Shown one piece after another: positions 12,050 through 25,288 of a stretch of DNA of 64,000 bases. Where the stretch lies: NCBI GenBank assembly GCA_964016885.1, contig OZ024752.1, positions 38,068,001 through 38,132,000 on the forward strand, read 5' to 3'. The position numbers and the translations under genes are program-made. Positions within the stretch are counted from its first letter, which is position 1. Every line of letters begins with the position of its first letter. The notes under the pieces were generated by a model that saw only the letters and a program-made list of their open reading frames with translations, was not told the origin of the DNA and did not search any database. This stretch comes from Eledone cirrhosa. Taxonomy: Eukaryota.

Positions 12050-12416
12050 GAGAAGGTACGTGGCCTAGTGGTTGGGGTGTTGGACTTATGATCATAGTGT
12101 CATGGGTTGTATTCTTGAGCAAAACACTTCATTTCACATTACTTCAGTATACTCAGCTGAAAATGAGTACCAGCAGGAGCTGGGGGTTTAACCCTGCGAT
12201 GGACTAGCATCCTGTCTAGGGGGATGTCTTGTACTTACAGTTGCTTCACACCACAGAAACCAGGATAAGCACCAGCCTGATGACCTCTGGGCTCAAGACA
12301 ATGGACTGGTGTCTGCAATGGACTAGTGTCTTGTCTCTCAGTCGCTTAACACTACAGAAATCAGGGATAAGCACTGGTCTGATGACCTCTGGGCTGGAGA
12401 CGGACTTTAGACTTTA
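12050..12416 (+). mobile_element. SINE family C (V-domain-like) with duplicated 3' part
   Basis: tRNA-like head GTGGCCTAGTGGTT, TTGAGCAAAACACTT, CCCTGCGATGGACTAGCATCCTGTCTAGGGG; related copy at 34375-34900 (-). Confidence 0.7.
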
Positions 12417-12831
12417 AGGGGCCGAGGTAGCAGGTGGGTGTGGCAAACATAAGGACTGCCCTGGACAGTACACAGTCCAGTTACAGCACTGTACAGAACC
12501 ACATTCTTCCACACCTATATACAATGCCAAATATACTCAAGTCTTGTGTACTTTTAGAACATAATATATTTCTCAATATAGCAACAGTTTGAATTTTGAA
12601 TATTCAGTCAGATCGTTGGACTCAGTCTTAATTTGTCACAAGAGAATAACAAACTGTTATGTAAGACTATGAAGTAATATTTCCCAGAAGTGATAATTTT
12701 AAAAATAGACTGTTATATGTGTTGTTTTTTCCCATTAAACCATAAATGTTGCGTTCTAAATACGTTTTGAGCTTTGTTATTTGTCCTTATGGTAATAAAA
12801 GAAAGGAGTGGATCAGCTTTGCCAATTTTTA

Positions 12832-12875
<44 letters not shown>

Positions 12876-13053
12876 ATGTAGTTGACGGATGAGAGAAAAG
12901 AGTACTTAATACCGAAGTGTAGAGTTTAAATATTCATTTTGTTAAGGCTAAATAGTGAATCGTGTTACTCTGGAGTTGCACCTGCTTCTCATAGGGTGCA
13001 TAGACAAGATCTCTTTTTATATATAAATTTATATTAACAGTCTGACTTGACTT

Positions 13054-13103
13054 TGCATTACCAGCGGTTTCAAGACGAAAATACGTCTACGTCGTCAGAT
13101 GCA
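13054..13103 (-). ncRNA. Minimal type I hammerhead ribozyme
   Basis: TGCAT-CTGACGA-cgtAGACGtattttCGTCTt-GAA-ACC gct GGT-A-ATGCA: 5-bp stem I, 3-bp stem III, GUA triplet. Confidence 0.7.
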
Positions 13104-13414
13104 TTGAAGAAAAGAATGTGTGCGTGCGTGTGTAATGAACGAATATATATATATAAAATTAAATAAGCAAAAACATATTCTCCAAAATATGAATGTTCTC
13201 TCAGAAGGCAAATAAATTTACAGCAGAATAACATAACAAATATGTTTAAATATATACATAAATAACATTATAAATGCTTAGATAACATTATAAATTGCTC
13301 GCGATCCTTTCAGAAGGATATATTCTTTTAATGTTGCAATATTAAAAAAAATATAAAGGAAGGGGTGAACAACCGAGCCGACAGCAGCGTCGCGAGGAGT
13401 ACCGGGCAACCTCT

Positions 13415-13760
13415 CTAATGATTTTTTAGGCAAGCCAGTACACTCGCAGTGTTGCCTCGGGTGATGGCGAGGCTAATGCGCTGGAACAACCAAGCGCCCT
13501 CGCGAGATTCGTCAGTTACCTTTATCAGGCGAGCCGCCAGTGAAGAGAGGAACCTCGCGCACTCAGCGGCCCGACTCCCTCAAACGTCTCGAAAGCCACA
13601 GGCTGAAAAATGTTGCTGTCCGACAGATCACAGTATTTGAGGGTCTCATTCCCTCCTAACCGCAGCATCCAGGATGTGGGAAGAAGCAAAAGAGTCTCTA
13701 ACAGTGACGTCCCAGACAAGACACCTGCCTCTCAACCAGGGGCACAGACGATACTAGTAA
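13415..13760 (-). pseudogene. CRE-like RLE 3' fragment, frameshifted
   Basis: PWLRGRCLVWDVTVRDSFASSH / LKYCDLSDSNIFQPVAFETFEGVGP / FLSSLAARLIKVTDESREGAWLFQRISLAITRGNTASVLACLKNH*. Confidence 0.85.
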
Positions 13761-13929
13761 CCTAGAACGGAGAAAATTAGGTGAGACTATGGAATAATGT
13801 GTCATATTTACTCGTAACAGCCACTGCTTTATTTGGGATAGCATATCTTCAATTGTAAATAACTAAGAATATTATATCTTATATAATTATTAATATCTTA
13901 ACCATTGTATGACAGGTAAAAAAAATATC

Positions 13930-14345
13930 GAAATTTCCCAGTTTCTACAATAACTAGGACCCTGAGAAGCAGAGAAATCGTTTTTCTCGTTGCATTGTTT
14001 ATAAATTTAATTAAAAAGTTAAACTTCTTATAAAATTGAATTTAAATTTCATCCCCCGTCATAGAACTATAGATATGTTCTTTCCATAAAACCATACATT
14101 TCGCAATTTCCCAGCTTGTACAAAAGCAAGGAACTCGTTTTCTCGTTCCGTTGTATATACATTTAATTAAAAAGTGAAACTTTTTCTTAAAAATTAAATT
14201 CAAATTTCATCCCACCATCATGCCTTTATAGAACCATAGATGTGTTCTATCCATGAAATCATACATTTCATATTTTTCCAACATGTACAATATCTAGCAC
14301 TCTGAGAAGCAGACACTGTTTTCTCGTTCCATTTGTTTATAAATT
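13930..14345. repeat. Diverged ~170-bp tandem repeat, ~2.5 units
   Basis: Recurring ATTTCCCAG..TACAA..TTTCTCGTT..ATTTAATTAAAAAG..AAATTTCATCCC..ATAGATxTGTTCT. Confidence 0.7.
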
Positions 14346-15066
14346 TAATAAAGTTGTAGCATATGTATTTATTCTTGGTGTGTGACCAATTTTCGCTCTT
14401 AATGTTGAATTGATGGTTTGGGCTTGTTTTGTTTTTTTCTTCCGCTTTGATTATATATTTTTATGTTTTCCTTCCCATCCTTTTTCCACTCATTTATACA
14501 TTTATAGTCCTTTCCAATACTGCTTTCTTTTTCTATTAATACATGTTTGACTAAATATTAAATTCTTTATTAGTTTTATGTAATTTTATCCAAGAAATAT
14601 ATTTGAGTATTTCGAAATAAAATGATTGTCAACATAAAAAAATTTATAAGGTTCTTAGCAATAATTAATTTATTATATAATCAATTATATAATCTTATAT
14701 ATTTGTATATTTTTATAATTCCAACAATAATTAATAGTATATATTGTATGTACTTCTATTTAATATTATATGTTTGTATATATTTACTTTCGAGATATAT
14801 CGAAATACCATCTTAAAACGAATTATCTCCAAAGTATTATTACTTCATAAGCAACATGTTAATAAATTTATATATATATATATATTATAATATTTGTAAA
14901 CTGAACTTTAGCTGCAGTACAGCATGTACAATTCGATTTGTTTTGAAGCAATCACAGAGCACTCAATGGATTGAAAGTTAAGAACAAACATTAAGTCCAG
15001 AGTTAAACACCATATTTATAAAATGTGACACCAAGATAACCGACCGAAGGCACAAACTATACATAC

Positions 15067-15411
15067 TTGTTGGAAGTCCAACAAATATAAATGTTTATAA
15101 CTGGTTTAGAGCACTCAACAGTTTACCGGAGTAAATATTCAATGATATTAAATAAATGGAAACTATATTTATAAAACCATATTTATTTTATTATATATAT
15201 TTCAAGGGTACCTTAGTGGTTGGAAATTCACTATCCAGTGAATTTCCAACCGATAAGGTATGATTTTCATGGGTATGTCTCTATTTATAAAACAAACTTT
15301 GTATTTTATCTGATGAAAGCGTATCAATGTGTCTTGGTGGTACCCTTGAAATATATATAATAAAATAAATATGGTTTTATAAATATAGTTACCATTTATT
15401 TAATATCATTG
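15067..15411. mobile_element. Hammerhead-bearing fold-back element (Penelope-like terminal repeats), copy 1
   Basis: ~73-bp inverted arms 15140-15212 / 15339-15411; related copies at 54195-54432 and 56745-57122. Confidence 0.75.
15302..15367 (+). ncRNA. Minimal hammerhead ribozyme with palindromic stem III
   Basis: TATTTTAT-CTGATGA-AAGcGTA...TACcCTT-GAA-ATATATAT-A-ATAAAATA. Confidence 0.7.
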
Positions 15412-15723
15412 TATATATATATATATATAAAGAATTATGCATCATCATAAAGTGGTTGCATAGACAGAAACCTATTTGTTTATAATGCACCAAGAATTCG
15501 GAGATTGGAGGTTAGCAAGAACTGTGTTTCGGTAATTATGAAATATCTAGTTGTGAAGTATGTCAAATAAGAACAATGGATCTAGAATAAAAAAAAGTTA
15601 GTGACTGCTTGTTCTAGTAACATCGCTGGTAAACAAAACATTGTGGAGATGAGTTTGGTTTATTTTTCCTTTCCTTTCCTTTCGTTCTTTAAAAAAAAAA
15701 AAAAAAAATTGTGAAACCTCGTC

Positions 15724-16229
15724 TACGAGGGTCGGCTGAAAAGTTGAGTATGACGGAGTGATGCTAGAGCTGTGAAATCTTGCATGCATTAATTTCATTT
15801 CAAATCTTATTATTATTAACTGCATCGTTTCTTTTCAGGGTCTATGTTGAAAAATAAGCCTCATTTGGTCATTCCATGAGAGTATCTTGGTCAGACTATG
15901 ACGGAGTGATGTTAGAGCTGTGAAATCTTGCATGCATTAATTTCATTTTAAGTTTTATTATTATTATTAACAACTGCACCGTTTCTTTGCAGACACTATG
16001 TTGAAATATAAGCCTCATTTGGTAATTAAATGAGAGTATCTTGGTCAGACTATGAAAGAGTGATGCTAAAGCTGTGAAATCTTGCATGCATTAATTTAAT
16101 TTCAACTCTTCTTATCATTAACAACTGCATTATTTCTTTACGGGGATTATGTTGAAAAATAAACCTCATTTGGTCATTTCATTAGAGTATATCTTGGTCA
16201 GCCTATGAACTTTTCAGCCGACCTTTGTA
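15724..16229 (-). mobile_element. Mariner-like MITE with ~3 internal tandem units
   Basis: TA-CGAGGGTCGGCTGAAAAGTT ... AACTTTTCAGCCGACCTTTG-TA; body repeated three times. Confidence 0.8.
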
Positions 16230-17717
16230 GATTTTAGTGGGGGGTGGGGACTATGAGGTGGATATGGTGGTGTTCATGCCATTCCTCCAAAACTAAGTGA
16301 TGTAATTAAGGGAGAAAAAAATTAAGTCGCAGATTTGGTTAGCCTAGAATTTACCATCAGCCTATATTTCCCGCCGTATTTTCTTCTACTGAATAACAAC
16401 AAATGAATATTGATCGAGACAATAGAACCGTGTCTTGGAGACAAAGCCTTACATTTATATGAAGAGACAAAGCCTTACATTTATATGAAGAGACAATAAT
16501 ATAACCATGGAATTAATTATAAATAAAAGTTTGTGAATAGAATATGTTTTGTTTTTTCTCTCAAAGAATATCAACTATGAAAGAACAATTCGTAATAACT
16601 AGAGAGAGAGAGAGATCTGCAGCTTCTCTTTCTCTATTGGAGTAAATAAAACAACGAAGGGAAAATTAATAGGGAAGGGAGAAAGCTTGGTTGTCATACT
16701 TTTGTTCTATTTTCAAGTTAATTAGAAAACTATAATTTGACAGACTATCCATCAATTTACCTCGCTACCCCCGTCTTGGTTGTCAATTATCTATTGTTAT
16801 TATAAAGACAAGGTGGCGGTGGTTGTGATAATGATTATAGTGATGGTAGTGGTTGGTGGGTCACAGTTGATTGTTGTCAAGGAAAAAAAAAACTAACAGC
16901 ACAACAAAGGGAAAAGAAAATAATCACATGGACGGACAGCAAGCTATAGAGTGTAGCTCTGTGAACTTTCTGGACTTTAATTGATCGACTGACTGTCGGT
17001 TATATAGAATAAGTAAGTAGCACACAGTGGCTTGCAAGATAGTTTTAGTTGTTCGAAGGAAGAGAGAGAAAATATTTCGGTTATACTTACTGGTGCAAAG
17101 GTGACGGTGTGTGGTGGCTAAATAAAATTACATTGTATGAAATAATGTCATCCATATCTGTCCAAAGGTTAGCTTTTATTCGAGGTAAAATTAACCGAAG
17201 TCGAGTTGAACATAAAATATATATTCATTTAAAGAGAAGCTAACATGATGTTACTAAATTCAAACGAGATGCGTACATTTATCTCTTGATTCAGTCAGAA
17301 TAGACAGACGTCTGCTTGCCAGTATTATTTAGAAGCGAACTACTATTTAACTGAAAGTCTCCTCTTCCTTTACTGTTATTAAGGTGTGCAGCGAGAGATA
17401 CATTGAAAGAGCAAAGATTCCGGAAAGTCTAAGAGAGGAGAGTAAGGTGTGAGGGGAGGCTGAAAGCTATGTAGAGAAATGGTAGATGGTAGTAGCTGCT
17501 GTCATTGTAATAAATATATATGTTTCTATAAATATATAGATATATATACAGTAGCAGAAATGTGATATTACCAAGTGATACGGAAATAAATAAATAAATA
17601 TATATATATATACGTGTGTGTGTGCATATATTTATATATACATATATATATGTATGATGTATATATATTTATGTATATATATGTATGTGTATATATATAT
17701 ATGCGTGTATGTTTATA

Positions 17718-17748
<31 letters not shown>

Positions 17749-17752
17749 CTAT

Positions 17753-18890
17753 CTAGGGCGGGTAAAATTCCCGAGATCCATGGACGAGTTCTCTCCAGCG
17801 GTCTCTGTCCCTCATTATCGGTGCCATATCCTGCGTCTCCAAGAGACCAGTGTCTGTCCTTAGGGCATCAACATATGTTAACCTCGGTCTTCCTCTTCCA
17901 GTGTGTCCACGCAGGGGCTCCCACAGGAGCACTGAGTGCAGTGTCAACTCTGGATGTCGGTGAGCATGTCCAGCTAACCACCTCAGTTTCCTCTGTGTCA
18001 CTTTTGAGCTGATTTTTGGGAGGCTCCCGTACAGCTCTGAGTTCTACATCTTCAGTGTATACTGATTAATGTTCAGAGCCATCCTCAGCATTTTCGTGTA
18101 GCACCCATCCACCATCTGAGTGAGTTTCTTGGTCAGTGTCCAAGTCTCAGACCCGTACAGCAGCACACACTCCACTACAGCGACAGAGAGGCGGATCTTC
18201 AGGTCTTTACAAAGGTCCGACTTCCACACCGATCTCAAGCTGTGGCTTGCCGCCCAGGCTTTGCTCTTCCTCTTGACCACATCATCTTCCATATTCCCAT
18301 ACTCTACTCCCAAATACAGGAAGTCCTCAACCAATTCTAGCGGCTTCCTGCCTACATTAGTAATCTTCTCTGACTGCTTAATATTCTCTACCAGATATTT
18401 TGTCTTAATCTCATTCATTCTCAGCCCCACACCCATCGATACAATCTTCACCCCCTGCATCAAATCCTCTGCCTCCTTCACTGTGTTTGTCACCCAAACT
18501 ATGTCGTCGGCAAATTCAGCATCTGATATCTTTTTCGCCTTAACTGTCCTGCTCTGTAAAGTCAGAGTCCTGGTGTTTCTCCAGTGCAAGGTGCATACAA
18601 TAGTCCACTACGATGATAAAAAGGTAGGGAGCCAATGTATCTCCCTGGAGCATTCCAGCCAGTATCTCAAAGAACTCTGTCATCCCATCAGGTGTAATGA
18701 CTTGGGCTTTGGTGTTGGTGTAGAGCAGTCATATCAGGTCCATTATGGGGATTCCATAAACCTGTAAGATCTTCATTAGGCAGTGATGGTCCACAGAATC
18801 AAAGGCCTTCCTAAAGTCAATGAAAACCATGACCACAGGAAGGCACTTTGCTCTAGCTACCTCTAATATCCTCCTCAGCATCAGGACCAT
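17753..18890 (-). pseudogene. RTE-clade LINE reverse transcriptase fragment, 5'-truncated and disrupted
   Basis: MVFIDFRKAFDSVDH, GMLQGDTLAPYLFIIVVD, EFADDI, GLRMNEIKTK, FLYLG, LLYGSETWTL, KLRWLAGH, GRGRPRLTYVD. Confidence 0.92.
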
Positions 18891-18980
18891 ATATATATAC
18901 TTCGTTTTTTAATTTGTTTTGCAAGATTTCTTATCTGAAAACGTGTGTTGAAGCAGATATTGTTCAAGACACATTATTTC

Positions 18981-19165
18981 GGTGGATTGGCATTATCGGT
19001 AGAGGGTCGCACGCCATGCTGTCCAGCATAGTTACATCCCTTTACGATCTGAGTTCAAATCCCGCCGAGGTTGACTTTGCCTTTCATCCTTACGGAGTCG
19101 ATAAAATAAAGTATCAGTAATGCACTGGGTAACTGCTGGCCTTGTGCCTAAAGTAGAAACAATTA
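18981..19165 (+). mobile_element. SINE family B
   Basis: Full ~185-bp unit. Further copies at 19812-20000, 23438-23820 (two), 35008-35100, 36081-36240, 36344-36600, 39658-39850, 47578-47735, 51497-51690, 55630-55795. Confidence 0.85.
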
Positions 19166-19397
19166 TTTCACATTGCTCCAGTTTACTCAGCTGTAGAAAT
19201 GAGATGATACTAAGCCAGGAGCCTCGATATACATATATATATATTAAAGAGTTAAACAAGATTCAATGAGTACATCAAAGAATGAGTTTTACGATATATA
19301 TATATATATATATATCGAGGCACATGGCTTAGTGGTTAGAGCATTGGGCTTGCAATCGACACACACACATATATTTTATATATATATATATATATAT

Positions 19398-19802
19398 ATC
19401 ATCATCATCACCGTTTTACGTCCGTTCTTCCACGCTAGCATGGGTTAGACGGGTTGTCCTGTTGTGGGCAGTGTCTGGTCGGCTGACCATGCCTTGCTCA
19501 TACAGGAACTGATCTGGCTTGATTTCTACAGCTGGATGCCCTTCCTAACACCAACCTCATTTACAGTGAGTGCTGGGTGCTTTTTCGTGGCGCCTACACG
19601 TCCACTTTACAGTGTGGGCTGGGTGCTTTTTTGCCGTGGCACCTCCACGGCCACCTTGCGGTGGGGGGGGGGGGGGCATATTGTTTATATGCTTCAGCAT
19701 GTACCCATGGGAGGTCGGGTACCCTGTATTACTGCGTGACGCCAGAAGTCACGGTCGTGTGTCATTGACTTTGAGAGGTGTAGTTGGGTAAGGTCGGCTT
19801 TA
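19398..19802 (-). mobile_element. RTE LINE 3' end (ORF tail plus long 3' UTR)
   Basis: KADLTQLHLSKSMTHDRDFWRHAVIQGTRPP then UTR and (GAT)n tail; related copies at 57125-57350, 57393-57670, 62941-63280. Confidence 0.8.
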
Positions 19803-20039
19803 TATATAAGGGCGGTGGATTGGCAGTATCGGTAGAGAGTCGGACACCATGCTTTGAAGCATAGAGTTATGTCCCTTTATGATCTGAGTTCAAATCCCGC
19901 CGAGGTTAACTATGCCTTTCATCCTTACGGGGTCAATAAAATAGAGTACCATTAATGTACTGGGTAATTGCTGGCCTTGTGCCTAAAATAGAAACAATTA
20001 TATATATATATGTGTGTGTGTGTATATATATATATATAT

Positions 20040-20403
20040 CATCATTTCATTTTCATTTCATTTTACGTCCGCTTTTCCCTGCCTGCAAGGGTGGGACGGG
20101 AACTGATTATGGCTTGATTTCTATAGCTGGATGCCCTTTCTAACACCAACCTCATTTACAGTGAGTGCTGGGTGCTTTTTTTCCGTGGCACCTCCACGAC
20201 CACTTTGCAGTGGAATGATAGGGACCCCAGTCCCTACCATCTCATTTCTACAGCTGAGTAAACTGGAGCAATGTGAAATAAAGTGTCTTGCTCAAGGAAA
20301 CAACACATCACCCGGTCTGAGAATTGAACTCACAACCTTTCGATTGCAAGGCCAATGCTCTAACCACTAAGCCATGTGCCTCCATTCCATGTGCCTCCAT
20401 ATA
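20040..20403 (-). mobile_element. SINE family A (tRNA head, TTGAGCAAGACACTTT body, RTE-type tail)
   Basis: Reverse complement of GGAGGCACATGGCTTAGTGGTTAGAGC...GGACGTAAAATGAAATGATG. Confidence 0.9.
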
Positions 20404-20923
20404 TATATATATATAATTGTTAGGTGTGCTCTATTGGTGGTGTTTAAAGGTTTACCTTAACATCACACCTTTCAATAACAAATTTAAGGCTTTAGACAGG
20501 AAACTGTTTTGTTTTTTTTCATATTGAAATTTAATTTCAATATTATCTAATCGATTTTCCTGCTCCAGAAAAATGTTGATGATTTCTCTCAAAAAATCCC
20601 ATCCAACCCATGCCAGTAAAAATGACACCAATAATGATGATGACGACAATGGTAATATTGACGGTGATGGTCATTTGATGATGATGATAATGGCAATAAC
20701 AGTGATGGTGGTAATGATGAGGAATATGGTGATGATGATGATGATGATAACATTGTCAAATGAACTGAGATATTCAAAGTCTGGTACCATCATGTAAGAC
20801 GGTATGAATGTAAGTATGAATGAATGTGTGATTACATAGAAGCAGAAGTATTAAGAGTATCGTGAACAAAGAAAACCATTTAACAGAAGGGGTAAATAGA
20901 AGAGGACTTTTGCCTTATGAACA

Positions 20924-22146
20924 ATATTTCTAAAGAAAGACACTACGTAAGTCATTAACCCTTTCATTACCATATTTCTAAAGAAAGACACTGTCTATGT
21001 CATTAACCCTTTCATTACCATATTTCTAATGAAAGACACTGTCTATGTCATGAACCCTTTCATTACCATATTTCTAATGTAAGACACTGCCTATGCCATT
21101 AACCCTTTTATTACCATATTTCTAATGTAAGACACTGTCTATGTCATTAACCCTTTCATTACCATATTTCTAATGAAAGACACTACCTAAGTCATTAACC
21201 TTTCATTACCATATTTCTAATGTAAGACATTTCCTATGTCATTAACCCCTTCATTACTATATTTCTAAAGAAAGACACTGTCTATGTCATTAACCCTTTC
21301 ATTAACATATTTCCAACGAAAGACACTGTCTATGTCATTAACCCTTTCATTACCATATTTCTATTGAAAAACACTGTCTATGTCATTAACCCTTTCATTA
21401 ACATATTTCTAATGTAAGACACTGTCTATGTCATTAACCCTTTCATTACCATATTTCTAATGTAAGACATTCCCTATGTCATTAACCCTTTCATTACCAT
21501 ATTTCTAAAGAAAGACACTACCTAAGTCATTAACCCTTTCATTACCATATTTCTAATGAAAGACACTGTCTATATCATTAACCCTTTCATTACCATATTT
21601 CTAAAGAAAGACACTACCTAAGTCATTAACCCTTCCATTACCATATTTCTAATGTAAGACACTGTCTATGTCATTAACCCTTTCATTACCATATTTCTAA
21701 TGTAAGACACTGTCTATGTCATTCATCCTTTCATTAACATATTTCCAATGAAAGACACTGTCTATGTCATTAACCCTTTCATTACCATATTTCTAATGTA
21801 AGACATTGCCTATGTCATTAACCCTTTCATTACCATATTTCTAAAGAAAGACACTACCTAAGTCATTAACCCTTTCATTACCATATTTCTCATGAAAGAC
21901 ATTGCCTAAGTCATTAACCCTTTCAATACCATATTTCTAATGAAAAACACTGTCTATGTCATGAGCCCTTTCATTACCATATGTCTAATGTAAGACACTG
22001 TCTATGTCATTAACCCTTTCATTACCATATTTCTAAAGAAAGACACTGTCTATGTCATTAACCCTTTCATTAACATATTTCTAATGAAAGACACTGTCTA
22101 TGTCATTAACCCTTCTATTACAGTATTACTAACAAAAGACACTGCC
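20924..22146. repeat. 48-bp satellite, ~25 units, derived from a TTAA-MITE left end
   Basis: Unit CATTAACCCTTTCATTACCATATTTCTAATGAAAGACACTGTCTATGT; continues into MITE body to ~22315. Confidence 0.92.
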
Positions 22147-22349
22147 AATTCTTTTTCAAATCTATTTTTTAAATAATGAAGAACTTGGTAATATAACTTA
22201 CTCATTATTAAGTTAGTTTTGTAAGTGTAGTTTGATAAAGGTTCTTACATAAAATTATGATGGAAGATTTTTAGATAAATATTAACACCTTAAAATGAAC
22301 AGTTTTGTATCATTTATGATCTGAAGTTTAAAATAAACAGGATTTTAAC

Positions 22350-22653
22350 CAGGAGCAGACTTTCATTTGCTGAGGCCTTAAACTATATGAAATTTGAGGC
22401 CCTTCTCTAAAAAAATATGTTTATATTAATATTAAAGATATAAATAGTGTGTGTGTGAGTGTACATATATATATATGTAAAAGGTAAACAAAAATAACAA
22501 CACAATCGGTACAGTATATGGAAGGAATATATTAGGTAAACGCTTGAAATAGCAGGAAGAGGGTCTTAAAGTTTCAGACGGTAGTCCTATTGTTATACTC
22601 TGGGAGGGTCATGTTGCCAATAAAAACACATGCACCTGTTTGTTTTCACTTCA

Positions 22654-22691
<38 letters not shown>

Positions 22692-22841
22692 ATGTTTACT
22701 TCCCTTTTCATATTTTTGTCCATGTGCCTGAATGAAGGGCCAGTTTAAAAGCGCCTTCTCCATTATACAGTGGTAGCCATGACTGGACCCCAAAACCAAT
22801 GGTAGCACATACATTTTAAATGAATGGAACTTTGTTTATAC

Positions 22842-22899
<58 letters not shown>

Positions 22900-23021
22900 T
22901 TTATGATGATTTAGTGTTAAATAATAAAAACTAATGATAAAATAAAAATATCTTTTTTTTAATTGAAGGGTGTGTAACCCTAAGTTATAGCTTATTTAGT
23001 TTATAAGTAAGTTCAGCACTG
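22350..23021. mobile_element. hAT-like non-autonomous element, second copy
   Basis: CAGGAGCAGACTT ... AAGTTCAGCACTG; 8-bp TSD ATTTTAAC/GTTTTAAC. Confidence 0.75.
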
Positions 23022-23967
23022 GTTTTAACATACTCGCTGGAAAGAATTGTTATAAAAATTAAGTAACTGTATCTTTCATCAAATACTATACAATGTACAG
23101 AATCTTGAATATACAATATCTCAATGTGGCATAAATTTAACCATTTAAGACTGGCTCCCACGAGAAATACGTACATATCTGATTTCAGTAACACAGTTCT
23201 GACTTCTATAAAAAGGTTTACTAGAACATAATCAATAAACACTTTTATTTATATCAGGAACTGTTCTAGCGTTACCATGGATTACAATGGTTGATTGCAG
23301 CTCAGTAGTAGAGTGATGGCCTAGATTTGTACAACTGATTAGCTGTTTGGAGTTCAAATCTTCCCAATGTAATCAATAAAATTTCAAACTAAAAATAACA
23401 GCATTTATGAAACCTCAAGTGTTTATTATACACGAATGGTGGATTGGCAGAATTGGTAGAGCGTTGGACAACATGCTTTGTGGCATATAATTGTGGCCTT
23501 TTACATTCTTTGCCTTTCATCCTTATGGGGGCGATAAAATAAAGTACCAGTAATGCACTAAGGTTGATTTAATCAACGTTTTCCTCTCCCCAAATTGTTG
23601 GCCTTGTGTCGAAAGCAGAAAGCATTTTTGTTAAGGGTGGTAGAATGGAAGAATTGGTAGAGCTTTGGACAACTTGCTTTAAGGCATATAGTTATAGCCT
23701 TTTATATTCTGATTTCAAATCTCGCTGAGGTTAACTTTGCCTTTCATCCTTATGGGGTCAATAAAATAAAGTACCAGTAATGCACTGGTATTTTCTCCTC
23801 CCCAAAAACTGTTGGCCTACATCACAATCCATTATGTGTAATAAATAGAATGGATCAGATCTGATACGAGTTCCTAATAGATCCAAATAACTTCCCTATA
23901 CTGATCCCTACTCTGAAAGTTCTTGGTTGCTTAACCCATAGCTCCAGAATTTGGTGCAGGCACTATT

Positions 23968-24392
23968 TTAACTTTTAACTTTCTATACTGCATGAAACCA
24001 CATTAGTGAGACATTCTTGAAAAGTATAAGAGAGTCAGCTGAAAAGTTCATAGGCTGACCAAGATACTCTTATGGAATAACCCAATGAGGTTTATTTCAC
24101 AACATAGTCCCTGGAAAGAAACAATGCAGTTATCAATAAGAAGAGTTGAAATAAATGCATGCAAGATTTCACAGCTCTAGCATCACTCCTTCATAGTCAG
24201 CCTTTAAACTTTCCAGCTGACTCTCGTAAAACAACTCTATGACTGCATAACATAAAAAATTAAAGTCTTTACTTTAGTTTACTGAAATCTTTACAATGAT
24301 CTGTTCAGTAAGAAAGATATTATAAATTTATGAAGTAACAAACACGTTTATTATTTTTAGATATTTTCTGATAAATTATTACAGGATGTTAA
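23968..24392 (+). mobile_element. TTAA-type MITE with a mariner-like MITE nested at ~24027-24228
   Basis: Flanks match 3250-3480; insert bounded by the mariner TIRs and TA. Confidence 0.65.
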
Positions 24393-24575
24393 AGAGTTCT
24401 TCATGCTTTCTTCATGATCAGAGAGGAATGGACGGCGTGCTGTGACCAACGGCGCTGAATGGACGCCTGACAGACTGGTCAGTCAAGGTGATCAAGGTTA
24501 AAGAGTTTAGTTAGGGAGCGGTTCTCAAAACACAAGTATTTATCATCAGACAGATATACATGATGGAAAATTCTA

Positions 24576-25145
24576 TGCACACACACACATATATGCACAC
24601 ACTCACACATACACACACACACACATATATGCACACACTCACACATACACACACACACATATATGCACACACTCACAAATACACATACACACACATATGT
24701 ACATACACATACACACCTATGCACATACACACATATGCACATATGCACATACACACACAGACACATACACACATATATGCACATACACAAACATACACAT
24801 GCACACATATGCACATACACAAACATATGCATACACACACATATGCACATACACAAACATACACATACACAAACATACACATACATATGCACATACACAT
24901 ACATATGCACATACACAAACATACACACACACAGACACATACACAAACATACATACACACACACACAGACACATACACACACAGACACACAAACATACAC
25001 ATACACACACAGACACATGCACATGCACATAGACAGACTGACACATATACACAGAGACATGTATACACACACACACACACACAGATGCACATACACATAC
25101 ACACACACATGCAACACAGACACATGCACACACAGACACAGACAT
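24576..25145. repeat. Degenerate (CA/TA)n microsatellite field
   Basis: Direct inspection. Confidence 0.95.
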
Positions 25146-25288
25146 ATTTTATAAATTAATGGTAAAGATTCTCATATATACACTATATATGCACTATATA
25201 TACACTATATATGCACTCATATGTACACTATATATACACTATATATGCACTATATATGCACTCATATATACACTATATATACACGATA

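Noticed and set aside
16320-17500. Repeat-poor stretch as possible promoter or non-coding first exon (GTAAGT near 17013)
   Set aside because: Only compositional hints; not supportable from sequence alone
20924-22146. CRISPR-like array (also the 36-, 37-, 41- and 112-bp arrays)
   Set aside because: Units are contiguous with no unique spacers, there are no cas genes, and the context is eukaryotic
22560-22592. Hammerhead 3' half on the minus strand (GAC tacc GTC-TGAAAC)
   Set aside because: No CTGANGA core upstream; at most a truncated remnant
24479-25159. Cys/Val- or His/Thr-rich ORFs (also 33.7, 35.3, 40.1, 52.9 and 61.3 kb)
   Set aside because: Translations of (CA/TG)n, (TA)n and (GTG)n microsatellites
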